64,000 bases of DNA from the NCBI GenBank assembly GCA_964016885.1, contig OZ024742.1, forward strand, positions 229,214,001 to 229,278,000. The letters are read 5' to 3'. A program made the translations under genes and the position numbers. This stretch comes from Eledone cirrhosa. Taxonomy: Eukaryota. Below the pieces are notes generated by a model. That model did not search any database. It saw only the letters and a program-made list of their open reading frames with translations, and was not told the origin of the DNA. Position 1 is the first letter of the stretch. Every line of letters starts with the position of its first letter. Of the stretch, positions 51,929 through 64,000 are shown piece after piece.

Positions 51929-52045
51929 ATATATATATATATATTATATATCACCGCCAAATGATACGGCGTATACATTATATATAGGATGTCCCCCCGA
52001 AATGTATGCACACTTCAATACCATTCTAATAAACGTGTGAATACC

Positions 52046-52891
<846 letters not shown>

Positions 52892-52931
52892 AGAACCTTT
52901 CGTAACCGTACGCCTTGTTGTCTTTTACTTT

Positions 52932-52963
<32 letters not shown>

Positions 52964-52969
<6 letters not shown>

Positions 52970-55954
52970 ATACTTGGGGAGGGTCATATTTGTGTAATAT
53001 TGCCAGAATTAATAACAGAACACACTCACTGTTTGGTTGGTTTTCGCTTTTCGCTTCTGTGTCTTTTATATCGGTAATCTAATTTATTCGGTCCTCAATG
53101 TTGCCATTGACTGACCAATGGTCAAAAATAATACAGATACAATATAGACACAAACACATATATATAGTTTATCAAAGTTCTTTCGTTGCACATCTGCAAC
53201 TTCGTCAGTGGTGCTATTGTTTCCTCCCGTTACATTGTATGTCTACGCCATCTTTATTTAGTCTGTTTATATATTTATTTATTTGTTTGTTTGTTTATTT
53301 TATTTTGTCTTCTTTGCGCATGCGTTTTCGTGTGTGATAGCGTTTTGTTTGATGTGTGTTCGTGATTGGGTGACTGTGTATTGGTTAATGTATTCTATCT
53401 TTACTAGTGTGTGTTTATATGTGTTTGTTATTATTGTGCTTGTGTATGTATTTATTTATTTATTTATTTATCTATTTATTTATTTATTTATACTTCTCTT
53501 AGGTCAGTGTTGTTTGTTTGGGTGTTGTTGTTATTCCATTCATTCTTTCTGTTTAGCCTTGGCCTTCTAAGTTCTATTTCACTGGCGTCTCTGATTTGCC
53601 TATCTGCTGGGTCATTTCTATGTTTAGATATTATTCTAATTTCTATGTTGTCTATGTTACCGTTGTGTTGTTGTCTGGCATGTTCGTATAGTACTGACCC
53701 GTTTTTTCGTCCTTTTAGTTCCCCCCAGTGTTGGTCTATCATTTCACCTATGCTACGAGCTGTCTCGCCTATGTATGCTGTTGTCATGTTTCTGCAAGTA
53801 CCCTCTGTACATCTTATGCTATAGACTACGTTTCTAGTTTTACAGTTTATCCGGGGGTTTACCTTACATATGATACATTTCCTATTAGTTCAGTGGGTTT
53901 TCTTAAAAGGGTAGGTTTTGCTGATCAGGGATTTTATGGTGGTTTCTGGCTTTTCTCCCACCTTAATCTTTAAGTGGGTCTTTCTCAGGGCCTTTCTACA
54001 CTGGTTAGCTAATTTCCCTCCAGGGGTAGCGTCCACAAACATGACACTCTGGTATCTCTGGTTGTCGTACCATGAGGTGGCTTTCCCAATCTTATGTCTA
54101 GCCCTATCTAAGCTATTCCATGATTTGCTCCTGTATAATGGGCAAATTCCTTTCATGTCCAGTTGTATGAGGGTCTTATACTTCTCCATGGCTCCTTCGT
54201 ATACTCTGACTCTGTCTCTTTGGTTGTAGCCAGAGAACTGCATGCGGTTGATGAAGTGTTGGCTGTGTCTTTCCATTTCTGTTGGGTCGCATATGCAGGA
54301 CACATTCTTCATCACTCGTACCAAATCTGCGATCAGAATATTAAACTTTGCACTACTGGACATTGCTGAGTTTTTGAGTATCAGGTATTTGGAGGCCATG
54401 GGTTTAGCATAGTGTGAGTGGAGAATTTGGGCTCTCTCGTCTATAGTGTTAATCCAGAGTTCCGTGTCTAATACAGGTAGAATATTGTTAGGGTGTTTTA
54501 AAGGGTAGTCGATAGTTACAGTTATACTCTGGTGTATGGAAATAGCTATCTGCTGGATGCTTTCCATTGTGCTACGTTCTAAATCAAACTTGTTAGTGCT
54601 CTCTAGTGGGGATGTTCTTATAACTATATTGATATCGTCTACGTAACGAGAGTGAATGATGAGGTCTATGGAGCTCTTGTTAAGGAGATCTTTAAGTCTC
54701 CTTTCCCACCATACCATAAAAAGGTTGGCAACATCACCAGCTATGCTGACGGCAATGGCTGCTCCCTCATTTTGGGTGTAGATCTTCTTGTTGAACTTGA
54801 ATATGTGGCCCTTTAGGGTAGTTTTGACACTACCCCCTATTGCATGCGCGACCATTTTTCTTACCTGATCATTGTTTTGGGGGGTCCGTATAGCTTTGGT
54901 CCACCCAATCCACCTTCCCATGGGAGTCTTTTTTGCCATTGAGGTTATGGTGGGGGTCTACCTCTTATGGGTCTACTAGGGCAGAAACGTCTAAGGTCAT
55001 GGCTGTCTAGGTAGTCAGTGTCGTAGGTAAGTCTAAGTAGGAGGCCCAGTTCGTCTGTGTCGACGTCGCAGAAATCCACCTCACTCTCAATGATCATCTC
55101 CACACATTTTTCCACAGCAAAATCAATGTTAATGGATGGGTACAGTGATACCACATCCATGCTGCCTATTATGCAGTTGGATAGGTTCCTGTTTTTGTTG
55201 CACTCACTGATTCTGCTGAGGAGGTCCTCTGTACTGTCACATACATCTGGGGATATCTTGATTATGGGGCGTATAACCATTGAGAGGAAGTAGGAGATCC
55301 TGTAGTTGCTAGCTATATTAGCGCCGCATACGGGTCTTGTTGGTGGTCCTGTTGTCGGGTCGTCGACTGTCTTGTGGTCTTTGCGGAGCCCATACAAGGG
55401 TGGTATGCCATTGTTAGACGCCTGGAAGTTGTTGGCAGTGCGTCTGCTTGGCTTTAGGATGTCGGTCCACATCATCATGTGAGCATTGAGGATTTTCTCT
55501 CTCCCATCATGTGCTTGCTGTGCAATTTCGCTCGTGTTACGGATGTGGGGTTGCATAGCCTTGATGTAGTTCGGCATGCTATCTATTGACACCCTACCAG
55601 ACTTATCCGTGGGTAGACATACTACCTCACCATCCCCTGTGCGCTACTTGAGGCTAAACAAGCTTTCTACAGGTTTCCTCCCAAGTTGTTGGGCCTCTGG
55701 TCTGCTCTGTCTCTTAGTTTACCGGTCTACTATTTGTCTAATCTTATTTCTAGCTATGGTGAACTGTGCCTCTGTCTCGTCATCTATTTGTTGTGGTATG
55801 CAAACTCTTTTATTAAAGGGTAACCTCGTAGGATAGATATTACCCATCTTATATGTTTTGTCAGCTGGGTTGAAAAATAGTACCCCAAGTATAACAATAT
55901 TTGTTTCGACACACGATTTCATATAAAAAACCTCGCAAAACTAATTTATCGCCG

Positions 55955-55956
<2 letters not shown>
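52964..55956 (-). mobile_element. Near-complete Penelope-like element (family C parent type; Hydra-like, tentative) in (TA)n
   Basis: RT ORFs 55592-54945 and 54939-53890, GIY-YIG 53787-53488, 3' pLTR with HHR 53171-53212, and an inverted terminus plus tail at 55883-55956. Confidence 0.9.
53488..55860 (-). pseudogene. PLE RT + C-terminal GIY-YIG endonuclease, frameshifted
   Basis: LYGLRKDHK..PPTRPV; GSMDVVSLYPSI; F.FN.KIY.Q.EG.AI; RYVDDI; LPVLDTELW; YIGETARS....H..SVLYEH....H..RQI...I....LNRKNEW. Confidence 0.9.
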
Positions 55957-56026
<70 letters not shown>

Positions 56027-56028
<2 letters not shown>

Positions 56029-56210
56029 CGAAGGAAATGTGGTAAGGAACCAGGTGGACCATAACGCACCAAAGTACTCAATACTTATGGTAGTAGAGTG
56101 GGTAATAGGAACGAGTAGGACCCCAACGGCTGAGCTCAAGCCGTTTCGACGGCTAATTCTGAATTAGCCGTCGAAACGGCTTGATCTCAGCCGTCGGGAT
56201 CCTACTCGTT

Positions 56211-56215
<5 letters not shown>
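56027..56215 (-). mobile_element. Fold-back family A, copy 5
   Basis: Palindrome centred on GCTAATTC-T-GAATTAGC at ~56160. Tail on the left; (TA)n flanks. Confidence 0.85.
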
Positions 56216-56258
<43 letters not shown>

Positions 56259-56262
<4 letters not shown>

Positions 56263-57283
56263 GAAAAAGCTCATTTGATGAGCGAACTAGACATATGTTA
56301 ATATTGTCCAGGGTCCTGAAACCTTTGGTAATGGAGTAGTTATATAGTGTGTTGTTCACTTTCTAATTAAATAGCTCTGTATTATACATAGAGCACTCTT
56401 TTTACCTTTGCTCTTTCTTCGGAAATACTTAACACCCACACATTAACACACACACACAAACACACACAGCTCCTTTCGTTTCATATCCTCTTGTATTTAC
56501 CGCCGTCACCCTACCTGATCGTGTTCTCTCCACACTTTCGCATCGACCCCCCCCCCTTCTCTCTTCCCTTCTCCTCCTCACTCACCTTTTTTCTCTCTCC
56601 CTCTCCGTCTCCATCCATCCGTTCGTGTTGACATGTTTACACGTGCCGTGGTGGCCTCTCTCTCCGCAATCTTTGCGGCACGTTTTTACCACCGTCGTAA
56701 AAAAAGCCCTTCTGGATTATCTCCCTTTCCCTTCTCCTCCTCACTTTTGTTTGCTCGTGTCTCTCTCTCACTTTCTCCTGTCTATGTGAGAGGCAGCACG
56801 ATTATACCAGCTCTGAGTCGTAGCTGACCCCCAGGCTAAAGTCTCTCAGGTTGGCCACAACTTACTTTCCCTAGTTTTACACGGTTACTCTTTTGCATGT
56901 TTCTTTCAACTGTGTCTGCCCACGATGGGACCTGTACACTTTTTTTCTCCTATTCCTTTCCTATTTTTCCCCTTTTCCCTTCCCTCTTTCTCCCCCCCCC
57001 CCTGTTCCTCCTCCTTTCCCCCTCTTTCCTTTTCTCTCTCCTTTTTTCTCCCCTTTTTTTCTCTTTCTCTCTCCTTTTCCACCTGGCCTTTTGATTAATA
57101 AAAGGCCTCGGGCGCACCCGAACTACACCGATGTCCTGTAATTCAGCGCCGAAACAGCGGTCCGGGAAACATTTACAGCTGACGATGGAAACTCCTTTCT
57201 CCCTTTCTCCTCTTGTTCCGTCCTAACCACCATCTTAAACCTTGTTTTTAGTAACCACATAGCACCTTTCGTTTCATATCATT
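56259..57283 (+). mobile_element. Unclassified non-coding element between (TA)n tracts with degenerate HHR-like motifs
   Basis: CAT-TTGATGA..GAAA-CCTTTGG-TA-ATG at 56273-56333; direct repeat CCTTTCGTTTCATATC at ~56472 and ~57265; pyrimidine-rich body. Confidence 0.4.
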
Positions 57284-57345
57284 ATATATATATATATATA
57301 TATATATTTATGTATTTATATACATACATACACACATACACACAG

Positions 57346-57376
<31 letters not shown>

Positions 57377-57970
57377 CTTAACAGGATAGTACATATGGAT
57401 CATATTCAATAACTGAAAATTCAAGACACTTCCGAACATATAAATAACCAGAGCTTAGTATGACATTTTTTTTATTAATCAAATGAATATATCTAACTAA
57501 AAGAAAAACATGTAAAACAAAACCAGTACAATACGTGTATTCACGCTATTCTTCAATAAAATATATTTAGAACACGAGAACATAAATTATCAAATAAGGC
57601 AGAAACTGTCTCATTTCCTCAAAATTCATGACTATTTTCTGATATCTTCTTCATTCACACAGAATATTAAAATTTATTTATTTTGATTTTTTTTTAAACT
57701 TAGAGATACATCCAAAATATAGTAGAATTATTTTTTCTAGTTTTTCCTTGCAATCATAAGATTCTAGGAGCAAAAATGTAATCAATTTTAATATTCTAGA
57801 ATTCAGGAATATTGGAAATTGGAAATACTGCCGTATTGATTTTATTTCAACCACGTGATAACTATATCTATACCTGAATAAACGATATATATGAAACAAA
57901 CAGACACACATATACATAACAGAGGAGTATATGAAAACATATATAAACATATATAAAAATATAGAATACG

Positions 57971-58035
<65 letters not shown>

Positions 58036-58294
58036 TTTCTTCGGCAGCGAGGCTAGCCATACATTTATTGTGTATATATATATACATACACACACAGACA
58101 CACGCACACACACACAGACACACGCGCACACACACGCACACACACACACACACGCGCGCACACACACACACATACACACACACACACACACACATATGTA
58201 TTATATATATATATATATATAAGTGTGTGTGTGTGCGCGCGCGCGTGCGTGTGTGTGTGTGCGTGCGTGTGTGTGTGTATATGTATATATATAT

Positions 58295-58483
58295 AACGAA
58301 GGAGATGTGGTAAGGAACCAGATGGACCATAACGCACCAGAGTACTCAATACTTAGGGTAGAAGAGTGGGTAATAGGAAAAAGTATGACCCCGACGGCAG
58401 AGCTGAAGCCGCTTCGACGGCTATTCCAGAAATAGCCGTCGAAACGGCTTGAGCTCTGCCGTCGGGGTCAAACTTTTTCCTAT
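58295..58483 (-). mobile_element. Fold-back family A, copy 6
   Basis: Palindrome centred on GGCTATT-CCAGA-AATAGCC at ~58428. Tail on the left; (TA)n flanks. Confidence 0.85.
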
Positions 58484-59149
58484 ATATATATATATGTATA
58501 CACAATAAATATATGGATAGCCTCGCTGCCGAAGAAAAATATTTTTCGTAAAAAAAACGAAAAGCGAAAAAAAAAAAACATTTGTAATCGAGTTGCCAGA
58601 ATGTTCAGCAAATGGAAGACAGCGCGCTGTTTCAAGATTTATCAGTAGCCTTCCCTCAGAATGTACTGGCATGAAACATACTATAGAGCGTGTCTCCCTT
58701 GCCGTCCTCCGGGGAAACGCCTTCCCCATCCAGTCCGTCGGGTCTGTGGGGTATGGGGGGAGGGGGGCATCGCGAAACATTCCATATTTAGGTATCTGTG
58801 TTCTCACATGTAGAGGCACGTCCTTTACCATAGTGTTGTGTCCCTAAACGAAGTTTATTTCCTTTAATAGTTACAATGTAATTTGTCTGCAGTATGTATA
58901 CAATGAGATATGATTAAAATGTAGACTTTGTAATGTTTCACAGACCACACAGTTAAGAGACTGAAATCCTTACTAATGTATGTCTATATAGAATTTTGCG
59001 TGATTATCACTTGCTGCTCATTTGCATACAACAAAGAGAAAACAGCGGTTGCAAGATGTCATTTGCATATAGTGCGAATCTTGCTGGTTATATATATTTG
59101 GCAATAGCCCAAAGACAGTGTTTAAGCATAATAGAGTGGATGACTATAA

Positions 59150-59590
59150 TGATTTCTAGTATAGGCACAAGTCCAGCAATTTTGGTAGAGGGGAAAGTCG
59201 ATTAAATCGACCCCAGTGCGTGACTGGTACTTTATTTTATCGACAACGTAAGGATGAAAGGCAAAGTTAACCTCGGCGGGATTTGAACACATAAAGGGCC
59301 GTGACTCTATGCTGCATAGCATGGCGTCTGACCCTCTACCGATACTGCCAAACCACCGCCCTAGAGTGGATAACTATAATGATTTCTAGAATAGGCACAC
59401 GGTCAGCAATATTGGGGAAGAGGAAAGTCGATTAAATCGATTCAGTGCGTGACTGGTACTTTAATTTATCGACCCTGTAAGGATGAAAGGCAAAGTTAAC
59501 CTCGGCGGGATTTGAACTCAGATCCTAAAGGGCCATAACTCTATGGTGCAAAGCATGGCGTGCGACCCTCTACCGATACTGCCAATCGAC
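59150..59590 (-). mobile_element. Tandem pair of Meta-type SINEs
   Basis: Two full copies, each preceded by TAGAGTGGAT.ACTATAATGATTTCTAG. Confidence 0.85.
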
Positions 59591-60099
59591 AGCCATGTGG
59601 ATAAGTATAATAATAAGTAATACATGTGAGTAATTCGTTGAAAAAGTTAGTAATTAATTAGAGAAGTTAATTAGTATGGAATCCATATGAAGTTGCGTAA
59701 TATAAAAAATTCGAATTACATATAAAATAAAATATAAAATAAGATATAAAATATATTATAAAATCTGAAATATAAAGTATATGCCATGATACATAATACA
59801 TGATATATATATATAGTACATAACACCTAAAGTAAAAATCATAGTACAAGTTATAATATATGTATGTACACACACACACACAAACATGCACACACACACA
59901 TGCACACACACACTCACACACATATATAGACACTCACACACACTCACTCACACACATATATAGACACTCACACACACACACTCACACACATATATAGACA
60001 CTCACACACACACACTCACACACATATATAGACACACGTGAGCACTCGATGCGTAGTCTCCTGTATGTATTTTGGGATTGTACTAAACAGAGTGTAATA

Positions 60100-60398
60100 A
60101 TTGTTTCTATTTTGGGCACAAGTCCAGCAATTACCCCCAGTGCATTACTGCTGCTTTATTTTATCGATCCTGTAAGGATGAAAGGCAAAGCTATCCTTGG
60201 CGGGATTTGAGCTCAGAACGTAAATGGCCATAACTCTATGCTGTAAAGCATGGTGTCTGACGCTCTAACGATACTGCCAAATAATAATTGTTTCTACTTT
60301 AGGCACAAGGCCAGCAATTAACCAGTGCATTACTGGTACTTTATTTTATCGACCCCGTAAGGATGAAAGGCAAAGTCAACCTCGGCGGGATTTGAACT
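60100..60398 (-). mobile_element. Tandem pair of Meta-type SINEs (second copy truncated)
   Basis: 60100-60280 and 60286-60398, both with the diagnostic core. Confidence 0.85.
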
Positions 60399-60413
60399 GC
60401 CAAATAATAATAA

Positions 60414-60620
60414 TATGGACGAGGCGTTAAATTTTCATTACATTTATTGAGGTGCGACAAGCGTTTCGCGAATTATCAGCCCAAGGTTTGATCTGTGCCC
60501 AATTCTGGTTTCAAAAGCTCATCAGACTGCTGTTATCGTAATGATCGAACGCAATACGCGCGTCACACCTTAATGAATGTAATGAAAATTTGGCACCTCG
60601 TCCATACTATTATTATCCAC
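60414..60620. mobile_element. Family G fold-back element with an HHR-like motif on the minus strand (60451-60530)
   Basis: TATGGACGAGG..AAATTTTCATTACATT..AGGTG.GAC is inverted at 60556-60606. Minus strand GT-CTGATGA-GC..GC-GAAACGCTTGTC; the other arm has ACGCGCGTC. Confidence 0.6.
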
Positions 60621-60638
60621 ACACACACACACACATAT

Positions 60639-60734
<96 letters not shown>

Positions 60735-61700
60735 CCACACATACATATATATACGTATATATACATATATTACACTGCTGCTATGCCACATGTTGTGACA
60801 CCTATCCTTGTGCGTTCAACTACCAGCCCAAGCTTCGCTTCCCGCCAGGTCGATATGGGCAAAACTGCCAAAGTATCGGTCGTCCTCTGATCGGTTTGTG
60901 GTAAAACCTGTAGCAGTGGAGTTCTTGTGGAAGGCGACTATACACGTGTATAGAGGTAGAATGGCTGTTCAAGCGCGTCTCCCACACCATCCTCTGGAGC
61001 AATGCCTTCTTCATCCTGATCCTTAACTTACATTTATAGTGCTGGCATGTTGAATAGATTTACTTGCACTTTTTGTATATTCGTGTTAGTTCGTTATAGT
61101 AAATGTCCTCGGGGGCTCCGGGGAGGCCAGCACGTGGGACCCCATTTGCTCAACATACAGAGAGATTGGGAAGGCGAGAGAGATGGAGGCGATGACAGTA
61201 GGAGTTCGGCTCTTCCACGTCCTTGTAGTTGTGTTCATTAATATATTGTTCATTCTATTAGTCGATAAATTGCTAGTGGACCCTTCAGTCTACACAGAGA
61301 AATAGTAAATAATTATACGCACTATTAGTCTTGCTGTCAAAGAATTTAATTGTATTCTCGTGAAGGTGAAGCATGACTGGTAAAGTTAGTTAGAAAGCCT
61401 TTGTGTTGTAGCTTGCTAGATTAAGTTAGGTGGAGTAATTGGAGAACCTCTTTATTTTGGGGTTGTTGTGTGCACACGCGTGTTATTGGTGTATTTCTGT
61501 TACGGGTTAATAGATATTTAGTGGGGTTTATTTATAGAGGTTTAGGAATTCCGTTGACGTTTAAACCGTGATGTCTACTATATCCGTACCTCCCAAATAT
61601 ATTCACCCACACACATACACACACATATTTATATGTCTATATAAAATATATAAAAAAAATCTATCTATCAATATATATATATATATATACGTCTACATAA

Positions 61701-61745
<45 letters not shown>

Positions 61746-61782
61746 GCATATATATATGTATATATAAATATATATGTATATC

Positions 61783-61813
<31 letters not shown>

Positions 61814-61822
61814 GTGTGTATG

Positions 61823-61854
<32 letters not shown>

Positions 61855-62308
61855 GACATATATATATATATATTTATATATATTTATTCAATCATGTAAT
61901 ACATATTTATATACATAATTGTGCAATAATATAGATATAAAGTTACACGTGAATGCACACACTCCAAATTCATACAAATATATGTGTTATGTGTGCGTGT
62001 TTGTGTTCACTCACATTCATAACGATTAGATAAATCTACATGTACTTCTTTGAATATATGTATGTATGTGTGTATGTATGTTTGAATGCATGTATGTGTG
62101 TATGTATGTATGTGTGTATGTGTGTATATATGTATGCGTGTATGTAAGTATATATGTATATATATATATATGCATGTGTGTGTGTGCGTGTGTGTGTGTG
62201 TGCGTGTGTGTGTTACAGAGGCATATAGACAAGGAAAGAGCGCCAGACGTAGAGAGAATGTGGCAGACAAAATTGTGTTGAAATACGTTAAGTTATATAA
62301 GCGGAAAC

Positions 62309-62388
<80 letters not shown>

Positions 62389-64000
62389 ATGTGTCTATAT
62401 AATTATATATGAGTTTGTGTAGGAGTGTGTTTAAACATATATATTTACAAAAATATATTTTTAGCATAAACAATTTTTAATCAATATATAAACACATACA
62501 TAAAATTATTTATTGATTAAATCTAAAAATCTAAAAATGCAAATATGTACATTAAAATGTTTTTGAATGGTGAATAGTTTTTGACATTTTGATTATAATT
62601 TTATGTAAAAACTGGCAGCTGCTTACTATTCACGTTCCGTCTGGTTACATATATTTATTTATCTAACTATACGTCGCTTCATCTTCACCAATCATCAATG
62701 ATATTCATAATTAATTTTTCGCTTTGCGTAAATGCTAATATTAAAGTTGCAATAAAAATAATGTAGGTTTAGTTTTGTCTTCACTTATATATTTATTTAT
62801 TTATTTATTTATTTATTTACTTATTCATCTATGTATTTCTTCTTTTTTTTCTTTTTACAATTATTTTGTAATCAAACTATACACTCTGTCAAAATTTCTT
62901 TCGAAAGCATTTCTCAGGCAATGTATCAATAAATGTAAGGAAGCGCCATTTCGTATTACATTTTTGGTATATTTTGTTGTTGCTGTTTTTTTTTTTTCAT
63001 TTATTCCTCATTTCAATTTAGACGATTACAAACATGGCGCCTCTTAGACGAAATCAAATCGAATTTGATCAACAACGGCAGCAGTAATTTGACACTATTC
63101 TTACCTCGGAATCAGATGGAAAGTCTAAACTTTTGCGAAAGTGATACAAACGAAAGTGATAAAACGAAAATCAGAAAAACAGTGAAAATGAAAGAATACA
63201 ACAGCAGCAATATAAACGAAACAAACAACAACAGTGTAACAGTTAATATTCATATATTGGAATATTGGAATGAATAAATTGTGCTATTGAAATATAAACG
63301 CATAAACTAATATTCAACTGACTAATCTAAAGATTGTGTGGACACCAATATATGGTGAGGTGTATGATGGGTTGGACTTCCATCGATTTCGACGACAAAA
63401 GTTCCAGTTGATATGATCAACAGCTTGGTCATCAAATTAACGTGCAAGTGTTTGAACATAACATTTATACGAATGTACAGCTAACCTAGTTCTCATGGCA
63501 ATTCAGCGTGTCAATGTGTCTAACACTTCTGCTCCTTTGATCAACAAATCATTTTTCCCAGTTGAGGGGAGTGAAATAGAGCAGCATGGAAAACAGTGTC
63601 TCCCTCAAAGATATAAGCCCTCGCCGTGAGACAAACTCATGACCTTACGATCATAAGTCGAACACTCTAACCACTATACCACACGCATTCGCAGATAGGT
63701 AGCAATGGCAAGGTATATATACCATTGAACTGTAGTAGCCCTACTGAATGAAGATTTTTGTTTTCATGCAGTGTCTCTTGATTGACGGAGGTAATCCCTT
63801 CCCAAAGTTTAAGCACAGGAGGAATTGAATTTGGCATTCACTAACGACTAGTACATAATTTAGGAAACTTTACAATAGTGTAACTATTTGTAGTCAATTC
63901 AAGGGTCTCAAAAGTTAATATCGATTAACAGCTTTTGATGGATTGAATAGTTAGATCCAAAAACCTGATAGTATTATAAGGAATATATACATAGAAACAT

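Noticed and set aside
60780-61240. Gypsy integrase remnant on the minus strand (..[15 protein letters not shown]..)
   Set aside because: Resemblance is weak, split across frames, and has no clear DDE residues; needs a translated search.

Overview
This is a very AT-rich, microsatellite-saturated animal window with no recognisable host protein-coding gene. The SINE content suggests a cephalopod such as an octopus (inference). It is almost entirely retroelement-derived. It holds Penelope-like elements (PLEs: RT plus GIY-YIG remnants at 4085-5373, 15938-17182, 39340-40270, 48540-49250 and a near-complete frameshifted copy at 52964-55956), a ~5.7-kb Tx1/L1-type LINE in (CTAT)n, R4/Dong-type RLE LINE fragments in (TATG)n, several RTE LINE relics, about 17 tRNA-derived Meta-type SINEs, a non-autonomous Helitron and Tc1/mariner debris. 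The main hidden signal is at least eight sequence families of short non-coding fold-back elements, nearly all set in (TA)n. They share one architecture: two arms joined 5'-to-5', 3' ends pointing outward, and one arm carrying a family-specific extra tail. Most carry a type I hammerhead ribozyme (HHR) motif with a self-complementary stem III. Variants include a U3:A8 compensated core, a core with a 1-nt insertion, and a long stem II. Two families form ~429-bp and 535-bp retrozyme-like tandem arrays, and some carry Pol II promoter motifs whose predicted start coincides with the fold-back junction. All ribozyme, clade and promoter calls were made by eye and need covariance-model, phylogenetic and experimental confirmation. 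Most long ORFs in the track are microsatellite artefacts.
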